DNA of 64,000 bases from Tepidimonas sp. UBA997. GTDB lineage: Bacteria; Pseudomonadota; Gammaproteobacteria; Burkholderiales; Burkholderiaceae_C. The position numbers and the translations under genes were made by a program. The notes under the pieces were generated by a model. That model was not told where the DNA came from. It did not search any database and saw nothing but the letters and a program-made list of their open reading frames with translations. The stretch is from assembly GCA_002291945.1 (NCBI GenBank), contig DBAZ01000026.1, forward strand, positions 31,444 through 95,443. Reading direction: 5' to 3'. Shown here in pieces: positions 9,030-18,007 of this stretch. Within the stretch, counting starts at the first letter, position 1. The number at the start of each line of letters is the position of its first letter.

Positions 9030-9774
9030 CGTCGTCGCTCAGGCGCATCTGGTACACCCACACCGTTCGGCCGTCCGGACAAGTCCAGGTGCTGGTCGGC
9101 ACCTCGTCAGGGACGGCAAACTCCAGACTGACCAGCCAAGCACCGGGTGACAATTCGGCCCGGGCTTTGGTCATGGCCTGTTCCATGGTTTCCGGGCGCT
9201 GGAACACGTACACCAAGTCGTAATCGCCCCAGGAATGCGCCCACATATTGCCCCGCCGGATGTGCGCCGTAGGGCAGCGCAGGCGTGAAAGCCAGACCAG
9301 TGGCCAACTGCTTTCGACGCCGAACAAGCGCGCATCCGGGTAGGCCTGTTCCAGGGCCTTGAGGCCATCACCCGCACCCGAGCCCACGTCCAGGATACGC
9401 CCCATGGGCGGCAGCGGGGCCACTTCGCGCAGGCCGTCCAGAGCCTCGGAGGGGGTTGGGAACAACGGCGCATTGCCCCAGGTGCTGGGTGGGTAAAGCA
9501 TCAGCACCAGGAGCGCCACACCGAGCCACAGGCCCGCAGGCACCTCGGCCAAACCTTGGGTCAAGGCCCACGACAAGGGAAAGCCCATCGCCATCAGCAA
9601 GCGCCGCCAGGGCACTGGCTGCAACCAGGCACAGACGGCCCCCCAAAGCACGGCAGCCAGCAACGCCCGACTTTCTACCGTACCCACGGCCAGCAGCGCC
9701 ATGAAAACCGCCCAGGCGCTCAGCCACACTCCCAGAGCGGGGAGGGGCCACGGCACATTCAGCCAGCGTTTCAT
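9001..9774 (-). CDS. membrane-anchored class I SAM-dependent methyltransferase
   Basis: 257 aa. About 3 hydrophobic N-terminal helices, then ILDVGSGAGDG (SAM motif I). Its 3' end overlaps the convergent GGDEF-EAL gene by 29 nt. Confidence 0.7.
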   Translation of the reverse strand: MKRWLNVPWPLPALGVWLSAWAVFMALLAVGTVESRALLAAVLWGAVCAWLQPVPWRRLLMAMGFPLSWALTQGLAEVPAGLWLGVALLVLMLYPPSTWGNAPLFPTPSEALDGLREVAPLPPMGRILDVGSGAGDGLKALEQAYPDARLFGVESSWPLVWLSRLRCPTAHIRRGNMWAHSWGDYDLVYVFQRPETMEQAMTKARAELSPGAWLVSLEFAVPDEVPTSTWTCPDGRTVWVYQMRLSDDVTDPPASAG

Positions 9775-9787
9775 CCCATCGGAAGGG

Positions 9788-10765
9788 TCAATGCCCGCGC
9801 AGCCGCTCGATCAGCCCATTGAGTGCATCGAGCGAGCCGAATTGTATGGCCAGCTCGCCCTGCTCCTCCAGGCGGCCGTGGCGCTTGACGCGCTTCTTGA
9901 CGCGCACCTCGACCGCCGCAGTGAGCAGGTCCGACAACTCCTCTTCCACCCGGCGAATGTCGCGTGACTTGTCCTTTTTGGGCTTGAGCGGGGTCAGGGC
10001 AAACTCTGCGCCCAGCTTTTTGACCAGCCCTTCGGCTTCGCGCACCGACAGCGACTTGGCGCTGATCTGGTGCGCCGCCGTGATCTGCGTCGCTTTGTCG
10101 AGCGCGAGCAGGGCACGCGCATGGCCCATGTCGATGTCGCCGGCCATCAGCATGGTCTGCACCGGTTCGGCCAAGTGCAGCAGCCGCAGCAAGTTGCTGG
10201 CGGCACTGCGGGAGCGCCCCACCGCCTGCGCCGCTTGTTCGTGAGTGAGTCCAAACTCACGCACCAGGCGTTGCAGGCCTTGGGCTTCTTCGAGCGGATT
10301 GAGGTCTTCGCGCTGAATGTTTTCGATCAGCGCCATGGCGGCGGCGGACTCGTTGGGCACGTCGCGCACCAGCACCGGCACGCTGTCGAGCCCGGCTAGG
10401 CGGGCGGCGCGGAAACGGCGTTCACCGGCTATGATTTCATAGACCGGCCGAGCACCCCGGGGCACGTCTGGCAAGCCTTGGGCGAGGCACCAGTCGCTCA
10501 GGCGGCGCTCCCCTTCGGCGTCGGCCAGGCGGCGCACCAGGATGGGCTGCATGATGCCTTGGCTGCGTATGCTTTCGGCCAGTTCGTACAGCGCCCCTTC
10601 ATCCATGCGGGTGCGCGGCTGGTAGATGCCTGGCACCAGATCGGTCAGCGCCAGCGTGGACGGCAGGTCGCGCTGTGCGCCGTCGAGGCTGGTCGAGTCG
10701 TCGAGTTTGGGGCCGAGCAGGGCTTCTAGGCCACGGCCTAGGCCTTTGGTTTTTTTGTTGACCAT
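9788..10765 (-). CDS. parB: chromosome partitioning protein ParB
   Basis: Start at MVNKKTKGLGRGLEALLG (GAGGAA SD). ParB box IAGERRFRAA and HTH. Downstream of parA. Confidence 0.93.
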   Translation of the reverse strand: MVNKKTKGLGRGLEALLGPKLDDSTSLDGAQRDLPSTLALTDLVPGIYQPRTRMDEGALYELAESIRSQGIMQPILVRRLADAEGERRLSDWCLAQGLPDVPRGARPVYEIIAGERRFRAARLAGLDSVPVLVRDVPNESAAAMALIENIQREDLNPLEEAQGLQRLVREFGLTHEQAAQAVGRSRSAASNLLRLLHLAEPVQTMLMAGDIDMGHARALLALDKATQITAAHQISAKSLSVREAEGLVKKLGAEFALTPLKPKKDKSRDIRRVEEELSDLLTAAVEVRVKKRVKRHGRLEEQGELAIQFGSLDALNGLIERLRGH

Positions 10766-10816
10766 GTGTTCCTCTTGTCGATGCATGGGTGTGGATTCCT
10801 CGGGGCTGGCCTCGGT

Positions 10817-11590
10817 TCATGGCAGCCGGTCGATGCGGCGTACCATTTCGCGGGCAAAGTCGATGAAGGCCTTGCTGCCCCGCGCTGCTGGGTCAAACAC
10901 CACACCCGGCAAGCCATAGCTGGGCGCTTCGGCCAGGCGCACGTTGCGCGGAATCACGCTGTCAAACACTTTGTCGCCAAAGCGCTCCTTGAGCTGGTCA
11001 CTGACCTGCTGCTGCAAGGTGATGCGTGGGTCGAACATGACGCGCAGCAGGCCGATGACCTTGAGGTCGCGGTTGTGGTTGGCGTGTACCTGCTTGATGG
11101 TGTTGACCAGATCGGCCAGCCCTTCGAGCGCGAAGTACTCGCACTGCATGGGCACTACCACGCCGTGGGCGGCGCACAGGCCGTTGAGCGTCAGCATGGA
11201 CAAAGACGGTGGGCAATCGATGAGCACGAAGTCGTAGTCGGCGTCAACGGCGGTGAGGGCCAGCTTGAGGCGCTTTTCGCGTTGTGGCAATTCGACCAGT
11301 TCGACTTCGGCTCCGGCCAGTTCGCGGTTGGCTCCGAGTACGTGGTAGCCGCAGGCGTCGGCCAGCAGCGCTGCCTGGGCCACGCTGGCTTGGCCCAGCA
11401 ACACGTCGTAGAGGCTGAGCGCAAGGTCTCGTTTGTTGATACCCGAACCCATGGTGGCATTGCCCTGCGGGTCCAGATCGACCATCAGCACCCGCTGGCC
11501 GACTTTGGCCAGACCGGCGGCCAGATTGACGGTGGTGGTGGTCTTGCCGACGCCGCCCTTCTGATTCGCGATGCAGAATATTTTTGCCAT
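10817..11590 (-). CDS. parA: chromosome partitioning ATPase ParA/Soj
   Basis: 257 aa. Deviant Walker [12 protein letters not shown]; typical ParA length and sequence. Confidence 0.93.
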   Translation of the reverse strand: MAKIFCIANQKGGVGKTTTTVNLAAGLAKVGQRVLMVDLDPQGNATMGSGINKRDLALSLYDVLLGQASVAQAALLADACGYHVLGANRELAGAEVELVELPQREKRLKLALTAVDADYDFVLIDCPPSLSMLTLNGLCAAHGVVVPMQCEYFALEGLADLVNTIKQVHANHNRDLKVIGLLRVMFDPRITLQQQVSDQLKERFGDKVFDSVIPRNVRLAEAPSYGLPGVVFDPAARGSKAFIDFAREMVRRIDRLP

Positions 11591-11879
11591 GATGGTGGTG
11601 GGTCTCGTTTATCGGGACAAGGCCGGGAACACAAGGGCGGCGCTGACAAAGCTGCCGCTGTCGGCAACACGGAACACGATGGGTTTCTTTCTGGTTGTGG
11701 CTCTGGCTGTGGCTTATGGCCGTCTCGGCTCTGGGTGGGGCGCTGGTGGTGTATGGGGTGGTGTGTTTTGGCGGGGTAGGCTGTAGGGCCTGAGTTTACG
11801 TGCTTTCGCTTGCGGGTCGCTTGCTGGATGGTGTTGCTTGTTTTTTTTGGGCGGGTGGCTCGTTGCGGGTGGGTGGCTC

Positions 11880-12113
11880 AAGGTGTGTGTGCCCAAGCGC
11901 TGGCGCTTCTACGAGGTGGCCGGTGCCAAGCACCGGCTCCCCTGCGATGCTCGACGCCGTGGCTGCGCGGCGGAACTCGCTTCGTTCGCTGGCGCTCACT
12001 GCGCTCAAACAGCCGCCGCGAGTCAGTTCACGAAGCGCGCCAAGCGCGCAGCCACGGCCTCTGCGCTTCTCGGCACCTCGCAAGGCGCACCAGCACTTGG
12101 GCACACACACCTT
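11880..12113. repeat. nested long palindromic element 1 (REP/MITE-like)
   Basis: Outer arms 11880-11906 / 12085-12113 (first 18 bp perfect). Inner arms gccgtggctgcgcg 11956-11969 / 12046-12059. Small hairpin ccggtgc-caa-gcaccgg at 11918-11934. Contains 74-bp core copy A (11965-12038). Confidence 0.8.
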
Positions 12114-12174
12114 GGCTGAAGCACGGTAGGCGCACCACCGAGGTGCCCCATGCCCTCTTGCTTCAGTGCCCCAC

Positions 12175-12212
12175 ACCGGCTTGCTTTGTAGCCCCTATAC
12201 CGGCTTGCTTTG
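12175..12212. repeat. direct repeat accggcttgctttg x2 (24-bp period)
   Basis: Identical 14-mers at 12175-12188 and 12199-12212, between the two palindromic elements. Confidence 0.7.
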
Positions 12213-12446
12213 CTGCGGCAGGCCTGAGCCAGCAGGGCGATTTTCCGGGGTGGCTTTTTTGCCCGGCTGCGGGCTGGGCGCACGATAAGTGCGCTTCGTC
12301 AACTGACTCGCGGCGGCTGTTTGAGCGCAGTGAGCGCCAGCGAACGAAGCGAGTTCCGCCGCGCCAGCCCGCAGCCGGGCAAAAAAGCGAAGTCGGCAAA
12401 GCCGACCAGCACGGATGAGCCTTGTTGGCTCAGGCCTGCCGCAGCA
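12211..12446. repeat. nested long palindromic element 2 (REP/MITE-like), overlapping the rsmG 3' end
   Basis: Perfect 20-bp outer arms 12211-12230 / 12427-12446. Perfect 24-bp inner arms cttttttgcccggctgcgggctgg 12254-12277 / 12364-12387. Contains core copy B (12291-12364), the reverse complement of copy A with 73/74 identity. Confidence 0.85.
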
Positions 12447-13137
12447 CACCAACAAAACCCGGCAACACCTCCGCATCCAAACCAGAACGCCGCATCCAGA
12501 CCAAGCAGCGCTCCGCCCCCAACCCCGGCACCGCCAGCGGTTCCACGTGAAACACTTCCACCCCAGCAGGCAAAGCCCGCATCTCATCCACCGGCTGCTT
12601 ACCCTTCATCGCCAGCCACACCCCACGCGCTGCCAACGCGCCCGCCGACCACTGCGTGAAATCAGCCAAGGATGCAAAAGCCCGCGACGTGATCACATCA
12701 AAAACTTGCGTCAACGACTCCACCCGGGCATGAATACCTTGCAAGTTGGGCAGTCGCAAAGCAGCCGCCACCTGCTGGATGAACAGCGCCTTTTTCGCCA
12801 CCGTATCGACGCAGCTCACCTCCAGCTCCGGGCACGTGATCGCCAGCACCACGCCTGGCAAACCAGCACCCGACCCGACATCCAGCAAGCGGGGCCGAGC
12901 CAAGCAACGATGCTGCAGGTGTGCCTGCAAAGACCGAACCACGGCCAGACTGTCCAGCAGGTGGTGCGTCAGCATCTCGTCGGGGTCGCGAAGCGCCGTC
13001 AGGTTATAGACGCGATTCCATTTCGCGATCCAGTCGAGGTAGCCCAGCAAGGACTCCAATTGGGACTCGGTCAGGGCCAAGCCCAGCGCCTCTGCGCCGG
13101 CTCGCAAACCCACCGCCTGAGGATGCGGCACCCCCAT
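12430..13137 (-). CDS. rsmG: 16S rRNA (guanine527-N7)-methyltransferase RsmG (GidB)
   Basis: ATG at 13137 (TGATG overlap with the mnmG stop). WNRVYNLTA..LLDVGSGAGLPG motifs. mnmG-rsmG synteny. Confidence 0.92.
   Translation of the reverse strand: MGVPHPQAVGLRAGAEALGLALTESQLESLLGYLDWIAKWNRVYNLTALRDPDEMLTHHLLDSLAVVRSLQAHLQHRCLARPRLLDVGSGAGLPGVVLAITCPELEVSCVDTVAKKALFIQQVAAALRLPNLQGIHARVESLTQVFDVITSRAFASLADFTQWSAGALAARGVWLAMKGKQPVDEMRALPAGVEVFHVEPLAVPGLGAERCLVWMRRSGLDAEVLPGFVGVLRQA
12539..12554. promoter_or_regulatory. parS-like ParB binding site
   Basis: GGTTCCACGTGAAACA versus consensus TGTTNCACGTGAAACA (one mismatch, at position 1). Inside rsmG. Confidence 0.65.
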
Positions 13138-15122
13138 CAAGCCACCACCGCGACAGCACCGCCTTCGGTCGGGCCCGCAAAGCCCTTGAATCTGCCCCGC
13201 TTCAGGTGTATCAGCAACAAAGAAACGGTGGCCGGCGTGATGCCCGAAATCCGCGCAGCCTGCCCCAAGGTTTCTGGCCTGTGCTTGCTCAGCTTCTGCC
13301 GGGCCTCGATGCTCAACGCCGCCACCTGCATGTAATCCAAGTCCTGTGGCAGCTTCAGACCCTCAAAGTAAGCCGTGCGTTCCACCTCGTCACGCTGCCG
13401 GTCGATGTAGCCCGAATACTTGGCCGCAATTTCGACCTGCTCCAGCACCGGCTCGTAGAGTTCATCCAGCGTTGCAGGTGCCACCAAAGGGGGGTCGGCT
13501 TGGAATTGGCCACCTTCCATCGACATCAAGTCGGTATAAGTCACACCCGGTCGCCGCAGCAGATCAAACAGCTTGTATTCGCGCTCTATGGCCTTACCCA
13601 GCACCCGTTCGGCCTCGGCAGACGAGAGGATGCGCGGGTTCACCCACGTCAACTTGAGGCGTTCGGTTTCACGTGAAACAGCGTCGCGCTTGCGGTTGAA
13701 AGCGTCCCAGCGTTGGTCGTCCACCAGCCCCATGCCACGACCGATTTCGGTCAGGCGCAGGTCGGCGTTGTCTTCGCGCAATTGCAGCCGGTACTCAGCC
13801 CGGCTGGTGAACATGCGGTAAGGCTCGGTCACGCCTTGGGTGGTCAGGTCATCGACCAGCACGCCCAGGTAGGCTTGGTCGCGCTGCGGACACCACGCCC
13901 CTTCGCCCCGCACCTGCAGGGCGGCATTGATGCCCGCAAACAGGCCCTGTGCTGCCGCCTCCTCGTAACCGGTGGTGCCGTTGATCTGGCCAGCAAAAAA
14001 CAAGCCCTGTATGGCCTTGGTCTCGAAGCTGCGCTTCAACTCGCGCGGGTCGAAATAGTCGTACTCGATTGCATAGCCTGGCCGCAGAATGTGCGCGTTC
14101 TCCAGGCCGGGTATGCTGCGCACCAGCGCATACTGAACGTCGAACGGCAGACTGGTGGAAATGCCGTTCGGGTAGATCTCGTGCGTCGTCAGCCCCTCGG
14201 GTTCGAGGAAAATCTGGTGACTGTCCTTGTCGGCAAAGCGGTTGATCTTGTCTTCCACGCTGGGGCAATAGCGCGGCCCCACTCCTTCGATCTTGCCGGT
14301 GAACATGGGGCTGCGGTCGAAACCGGAGCGGATGATCTCGTGCGTTCGTTCGCTGGTGTGGGTGATCCAGCAAGGCAGTTGGCGGGGGTGCATACCAGTG
14401 CGCCCCATGAAGCTGAACACCGGCAGCGGGCGGTCGGCCGTCTCCGAACCCGGCATCCCGTCGCCCGGCTGCTCGGAGCATCTGGAAAAATCTATGCTGC
14501 GGCCATCGAGGCGCGGCGGGGTGCCCGTCTTGAGTCGGCCCTGCGGCAACTTCAACTCCTTGAGCCGGGCCGACAAACTCAGCGCCGGTGGGTCGCCCGC
14601 CCGCCCACCCGCATGGTTTTCCAGGCCGACGTGTATCTTGCCATCCAGAAACGTACCTGCCGTGAGCACGACCGCCAGTGCCCGGAAACGAATGCCGATC
14701 TGCGTCACGGCCCCAACCACCCGATCACCCTCCACCAGCAAGTCATCCACCGCCTGCTGAAACAGCGTCAGATGGGGCTGGTTTTCCAGCTTGCGCCGGA
14801 TCGCCGCTTTGTAAAGGATGCGATCCGCTTGGGCACGGGTGGCCCGCACCGCCGGGCCTTTGGAACGGTTGAGGATGCGGAACTGGATGCCGCCTTCGTC
14901 GGTGGCCAGCGCCATCGCCCCTCCCAGCGCATCCACCTCCTTGACCAGATGGCCCTTGCCGATCCCGCCGATCGAGGGGTTGCAGCTCATCTGCCCTAGC
15001 GTTTCGATGTTGTGGGTCAGCAACAAGGTGGCGCAACCCATACGGGCCGCCGCCAGGGCGGCCTCCGTCCCGGCGTGACCGCCGCCAACCACAATGACAT
15101 CGAACTGCTGGGGGTACCACAT
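13137..15122 (-). CDS. mnmG: tRNA uridine-5-carboxymethylaminomethyl modification enzyme MnmG (GidA)
   Basis: 661 aa. [19 protein letters not shown] motif; full-length GidA-like sequence. Confidence 0.97.
   Translation of the reverse strand: MWYPQQFDVIVVGGGHAGTEAALAAARMGCATLLLTHNIETLGQMSCNPSIGGIGKGHLVKEVDALGGAMALATDEGGIQFRILNRSKGPAVRATRAQADRILYKAAIRRKLENQPHLTLFQQAVDDLLVEGDRVVGAVTQIGIRFRALAVVLTAGTFLDGKIHVGLENHAGGRAGDPPALSLSARLKELKLPQGRLKTGTPPRLDGRSIDFSRCSEQPGDGMPGSETADRPLPVFSFMGRTGMHPRQLPCWITHTSERTHEIIRSGFDRSPMFTGKIEGVGPRYCPSVEDKINRFADKDSHQIFLEPEGLTTHEIYPNGISTSLPFDVQYALVRSIPGLENAHILRPGYAIEYDYFDPRELKRSFETKAIQGLFFAGQINGTTGYEEAAAQGLFAGINAALQVRGEGAWCPQRDQAYLGVLVDDLTTQGVTEPYRMFTSRAEYRLQLREDNADLRLTEIGRGMGLVDDQRWDAFNRKRDAVSRETERLKLTWVNPRILSSAEAERVLGKAIEREYKLFDLLRRPGVTYTDLMSMEGGQFQADPPLVAPATLDELYEPVLEQVEIAAKYSGYIDRQRDEVERTAYFEGLKLPQDLDYMQVAALSIEARQKLSKHRPETLGQAARISGITPATVSLLLIHLKRGRFKGFAGPTEGGAVAVVA
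13665..13680. promoter_or_regulatory. parS-like ParB binding site
   Basis: GGTTTCACGTGAAACA, 15/16 to TGTTTCACGTGAAACA. Inside mnmG. Confidence 0.7.
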
Positions 15123-15235
15123 GGCCGTCTTTCTTGCGCAAACACCGCTAAACCCTTGATTTTACTTGACCCGGCCTGCGACGTGGGTGTTGCGCCCAAG
15201 GAAGCCCCCCAGGCTGACCAGCCCCCAGCCCCACA

Positions 15236-15928
15236 ATGCCTACAATGGCACCCATGCAGCCCGCAACGCTTCACACCCTGCTGACGGCCTACCCAGCGCT
15301 GCGTCCCTTGGCCAGCACCCTCGACAAGCTGCCGACGCACCACATACCCAGCCACACCGTCTTGTTCCGCGAGCAGGACGATTGCCCGGGCTTCCCCTTG
15401 ATCGTCGCGGGCGAAGTGCGGGTGGTGCGGGGCAGCAGCCACGGCCGCGAACTGGAGCTTTATCGCGTCCACACGGGCGACCTCTGCCTGGTGTCTGCGG
15501 CCAGTCTGTTTTCTGCCCAGCCTCTGAGTGCCCGCGGCCTGACGGCACAAGACACCGAACTGCTGCTGCTGCCGCCGCACGCATTCCGCCAAGCCTTGGC
15601 CCATGAGCCGTTTCGGGATTTCGTGCTCGGCCTGTTCGCGGAGCGCATGGCCGATCTGACGGCCCTGATCGAGTCGGTGGCGTTCCAGCGACTCGATCGT
15701 CGGCTCGCCAGCGCCCTGCTGGGGCACGGCCCGCAGGTGCAGACCACCCACCAGGCGCTGGCCGACGAACTGGGCACGGTGCGCGAGATGGTGACGCGCT
15801 TGCTGCACCGCTTCGAACGCGAGGGCTGGGTGCGCTTGTCGCGCGAGTGCATCACGATCCAGGACAGTGCCGCCTTGCGTGCCTGGGCCGCCGGGGACGT
15901 AGAACCTACCCACAACCGTGTGACTTGA
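15236..15928 (+). CDS. Crp/Fnr-family transcriptional regulator
   Basis: 230 aa. N-terminal cNMP-binding beta-barrel (VLFREQDDCPGFPLIVAGEVRV) and a C-terminal HTH (THQALADELGTVREMVTRLLHRFEREG). Confidence 0.85.
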   Translation: MPTMAPMQPATLHTLLTAYPALRPLASTLDKLPTHHIPSHTVLFREQDDCPGFPLIVAGEVRVVRGSSHGRELELYRVHTGDLCLVSAASLFSAQPLSARGLTAQDTELLLLPPHAFRQALAHEPFRDFVLGLFAERMADLTALIESVAFQRLDRRLASALLGHGPQVQTTHQALADELGTVREMVTRLLHRFEREGWVRLSRECITIQDSAALRAWAAGDVEPTHNRVT

Positions 15929-15934
15929 GTCACA
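15919..15934. promoter_or_regulatory. perfect CRP-type palindrome TGTGA-N6-TCACA with class II promoter geometry
   Basis: TGTGActtgagTCACA overlaps the stop codon (15926-15928) of the Crp-family gene. The -10-like TGTAAT at 15956-15961 starts exactly 29.5 bp from the dyad centre, which places the site at -41.5. The DUF2892 ATG is at 16002. Confidence 0.6.
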
Positions 15935-16001
15935 GATACCGTCGGGTGATCGCGGTGTAATCAAAGCTCTTCCCCGTTTTTCACCCAACAAAGGTTTGAT
16001 C

Positions 16002-16193
16002 ATGAAACAGAACGTCGGCGGTATCGACCGCATCTTGCGCTTGGTGGTGGGCGTTGCCTTGATCGCGCTGGCCGCGACCGGCACGGTCGGTGCTTGGGGT
16101 TACATCGGCGTGCTGCCCTTGTTGACCGGACTCATGGGCTGGTGCCCGCCGTACAGCCTGTTTGGCTGGAACACCTGCAAAACCCGCTCCTGA
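16002..16193 (+). CDS. DUF2892 (YgaP-like) small membrane protein
   Basis: 63 aa from MKQNVGGIDRILRLVVG.. (AAGG SD 7 nt upstream). Two TM helices plus the CP motif typical of DUF2892. Confidence 0.75.
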   Translation: MKQNVGGIDRILRLVVGVALIALAATGTVGAWGYIGVLPLLTGLMGWCPPYSLFGWNTCKTRS

Positions 16194-16249
16194 CCCTTGA
16201 TCGCCCTGCCCCCATGCAGGGCGTGAAGCTGATCAGCGAGAATCGGGGG

Positions 16250-16852
16250 ATGACCACACCCCCCTCACTTCTGATTTTTGCCGGCAGCGCACGCGTCCAG
16301 TCCTGGAATAAGCGTTTGGCGTGGGCCGCTGCCGACGCAGCACGAGCCCAGGGCGTCGCACCGACGGTCATCGACCTGGCCGATTTTGACATCCCCCTGT
16401 ACGACGCCGATCTGGAGGCCCGTGGCACCCCGGCTGACGTGTTCCGGCTCAAAGCCGTGTTTCATGCCCATCCGGCCTGGATCATTTGCTCCCCCGAATA
16501 CAACGGCAGCTACACGGGACTGCTGAAAAACACGATCGACTGGGTATCCAGCCCGGTCCAGGGCGACCCAGAATGGTCCAGCGGCCTCAAACCCTTTGAA
16601 GGCAAGGTGGTGGGGCTGATGTCCGCCTCTCCCGGCAACCTAGGGGGACTGCGCGGACTGAGTCATCTCACGCCCTTGCTCATGAACCTGCAGTGCTGGG
16701 TTGCTCCACGCCAGTTTGCTCTGGCGCGACCCGCCGAGGTGTTCGACGCCACGGGCCGACTCCTGCCCGGCTGCGCACACGACGCCGTGCAAGCGGTCGT
16801 GCATCAAACCCTGTGGGCGGCCCGCGCTCTGCAACAGCTACACCCGGTCTAA
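16250..16852 (+). CDS. NADPH-dependent FMN reductase
   Basis: Start at MTTPPSLLIFAGSARVQSWNKRLA (M53 of ORF 16094..16852). SPEYNGSYTGLLKNTIDW motif. Confidence 0.85.
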   Translation: MTTPPSLLIFAGSARVQSWNKRLAWAAADAARAQGVAPTVIDLADFDIPLYDADLEARGTPADVFRLKAVFHAHPAWIICSPEYNGSYTGLLKNTIDWVSSPVQGDPEWSSGLKPFEGKVVGLMSASPGNLGGLRGLSHLTPLLMNLQCWVAPRQFALARPAEVFDATGRLLPGCAHDAVQAVVHQTLWAARALQQLHPV

Positions 16853-17041
16853 GCTGCCTCTCCCGCCGCTTTCCCCCGCCGTCTGTGTGCGCTTTGGAGC
16901 CGAGCGCAGCGCTGTGCGCTAACCAAGCCGCGCAAGCCGTGGCGTCGTGGGTTGAGAACGAGGGTGCACTCAAACTCAGCCCAGCAGCCCGAAGCGGTCG
17001 TCCAGAGCTTCCACAAACACCGCCTGCCCGGTGAGCCCGTA

Positions 17042-17935
17042 TCAATCCGCATAGGCCGGCGCTGCGCCGGGTGGCCGGGTTTTGAAGCGCCGATGCAACC
17101 AGTGGTATTGGCCCGGCATGGATCGGATATACCGCTCCAACTCTTGGTTCATGCGTAGGGCATCGGCGGCGTCATCGCCTTGCGGGTAGGCGTCCCAGAG
17201 CGGGCCGATCTCAACCCGGTACCCGCCAGGGACCATGCGGCAGACCAAGGAGGCCACCGGCACGCCAGCCGCAGCGGCCAGCCGCGGCAACGATGTCACG
17301 GTCGCGGTCTGGACGCCGAAAAACGACACGAACACCGAGTTTCGGGCACCATGATCCATGTCGGGCAGCAGGCACAGGCTCGCGCCTTCTTGCAGGCCCC
17401 TGAGCAAGGGCCGAAGCCCTTCGCGGCGCGAAACCAGCCGGGGCCGCCCGAATCGCTGGCGTCCGGCCTTGACCCAGCGATCCAGCGCCGCCGGCCGCTG
17501 CGGCGCATAAAACGTCCACCAGCGCCGCCGGACGTCCAGCGTCAGTTTGGCCCAACCGGCGTCCATGCCGTAAAAATGCGGCGCAAAAAACAGCAGCGGC
17601 CCGTCGTGCTGCAAAACGCCATGCGGGTCGGACACCTGAACACGTTGGCGCACCCGGTCTGGCGTGCCTTGCCACAACCAGACGCGATCCAGAAAAGACT
17701 GTGAAAAGTGCAGAAAGGTCTGCCAGGCCCAGCGCCTGCGCGCACGCGCCGTGGCCTGCGGAAAGCAAAGGGCGAGGTTGCGCAGCACCACCCGCCGCCG
17801 ACTCGGTGCCAGCAGCAGCAGCGCCGCCGCCATCACCCAGCCCGCCGCGCGAAACAGCGGCACCGGCAACCGGGCCAAAGCACGCAGCCACCAGGCCGAG
17901 GGGGTGGGGGTGGAGGAGTCGGGATGGACAGTCAT
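17042..17935 (-). CDS. lipid A biosynthesis (LpxL/HtrB-family) lysophospholipid acyltransferase
   Basis: Start at MTVHPDSS. N-terminal TM anchor, NLALCFP, HFYGMD (HX4D-type) motif, and C-terminal PGQYHWLHRRFK, typical of the LpxL family. Confidence 0.8.
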   Translation of the reverse strand: MTVHPDSSTPTPSAWWLRALARLPVPLFRAAGWVMAAALLLLAPSRRRVVLRNLALCFPQATARARRRWAWQTFLHFSQSFLDRVWLWQGTPDRVRQRVQVSDPHGVLQHDGPLLFFAPHFYGMDAGWAKLTLDVRRRWWTFYAPQRPAALDRWVKAGRQRFGRPRLVSRREGLRPLLRGLQEGASLCLLPDMDHGARNSVFVSFFGVQTATVTSLPRLAAAAGVPVASLVCRMVPGGYRVEIGPLWDAYPQGDDAADALRMNQELERYIRSMPGQYHWLHRRFKTRPPGAAPAYAD

Positions 17936-18007
17936 GAAAGATGCCGGATTATCGCCGCCGCCGGGCATGCACCCAGACGGCCCGCACAGGGCGGAGTCGG
18001 CTAGCGC

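Noticed and set aside
11591-12429. The large gap next to gidA/gidB/parAB as the replication origin (the gamma-proteobacterial oriC position).
   Set aside because: I found no TTATCCACA-like boxes (one or fewer mismatches) and no AT-rich unwinding element. The gap is GC-rich and fully accounted for by palindromic repeats.
11796-12587. ORFs inside the parA-rsmG gap: 11810..12418(+) 202 aa, 11796..12176(-), 12195..12587(-), 12321..12659(+).
   Set aside because: They are read through palindromic repeat DNA, so both strands stay open by symmetry. There are no motifs or plausible SD sequences, and the composition matches the repeats rather than coding sequence.
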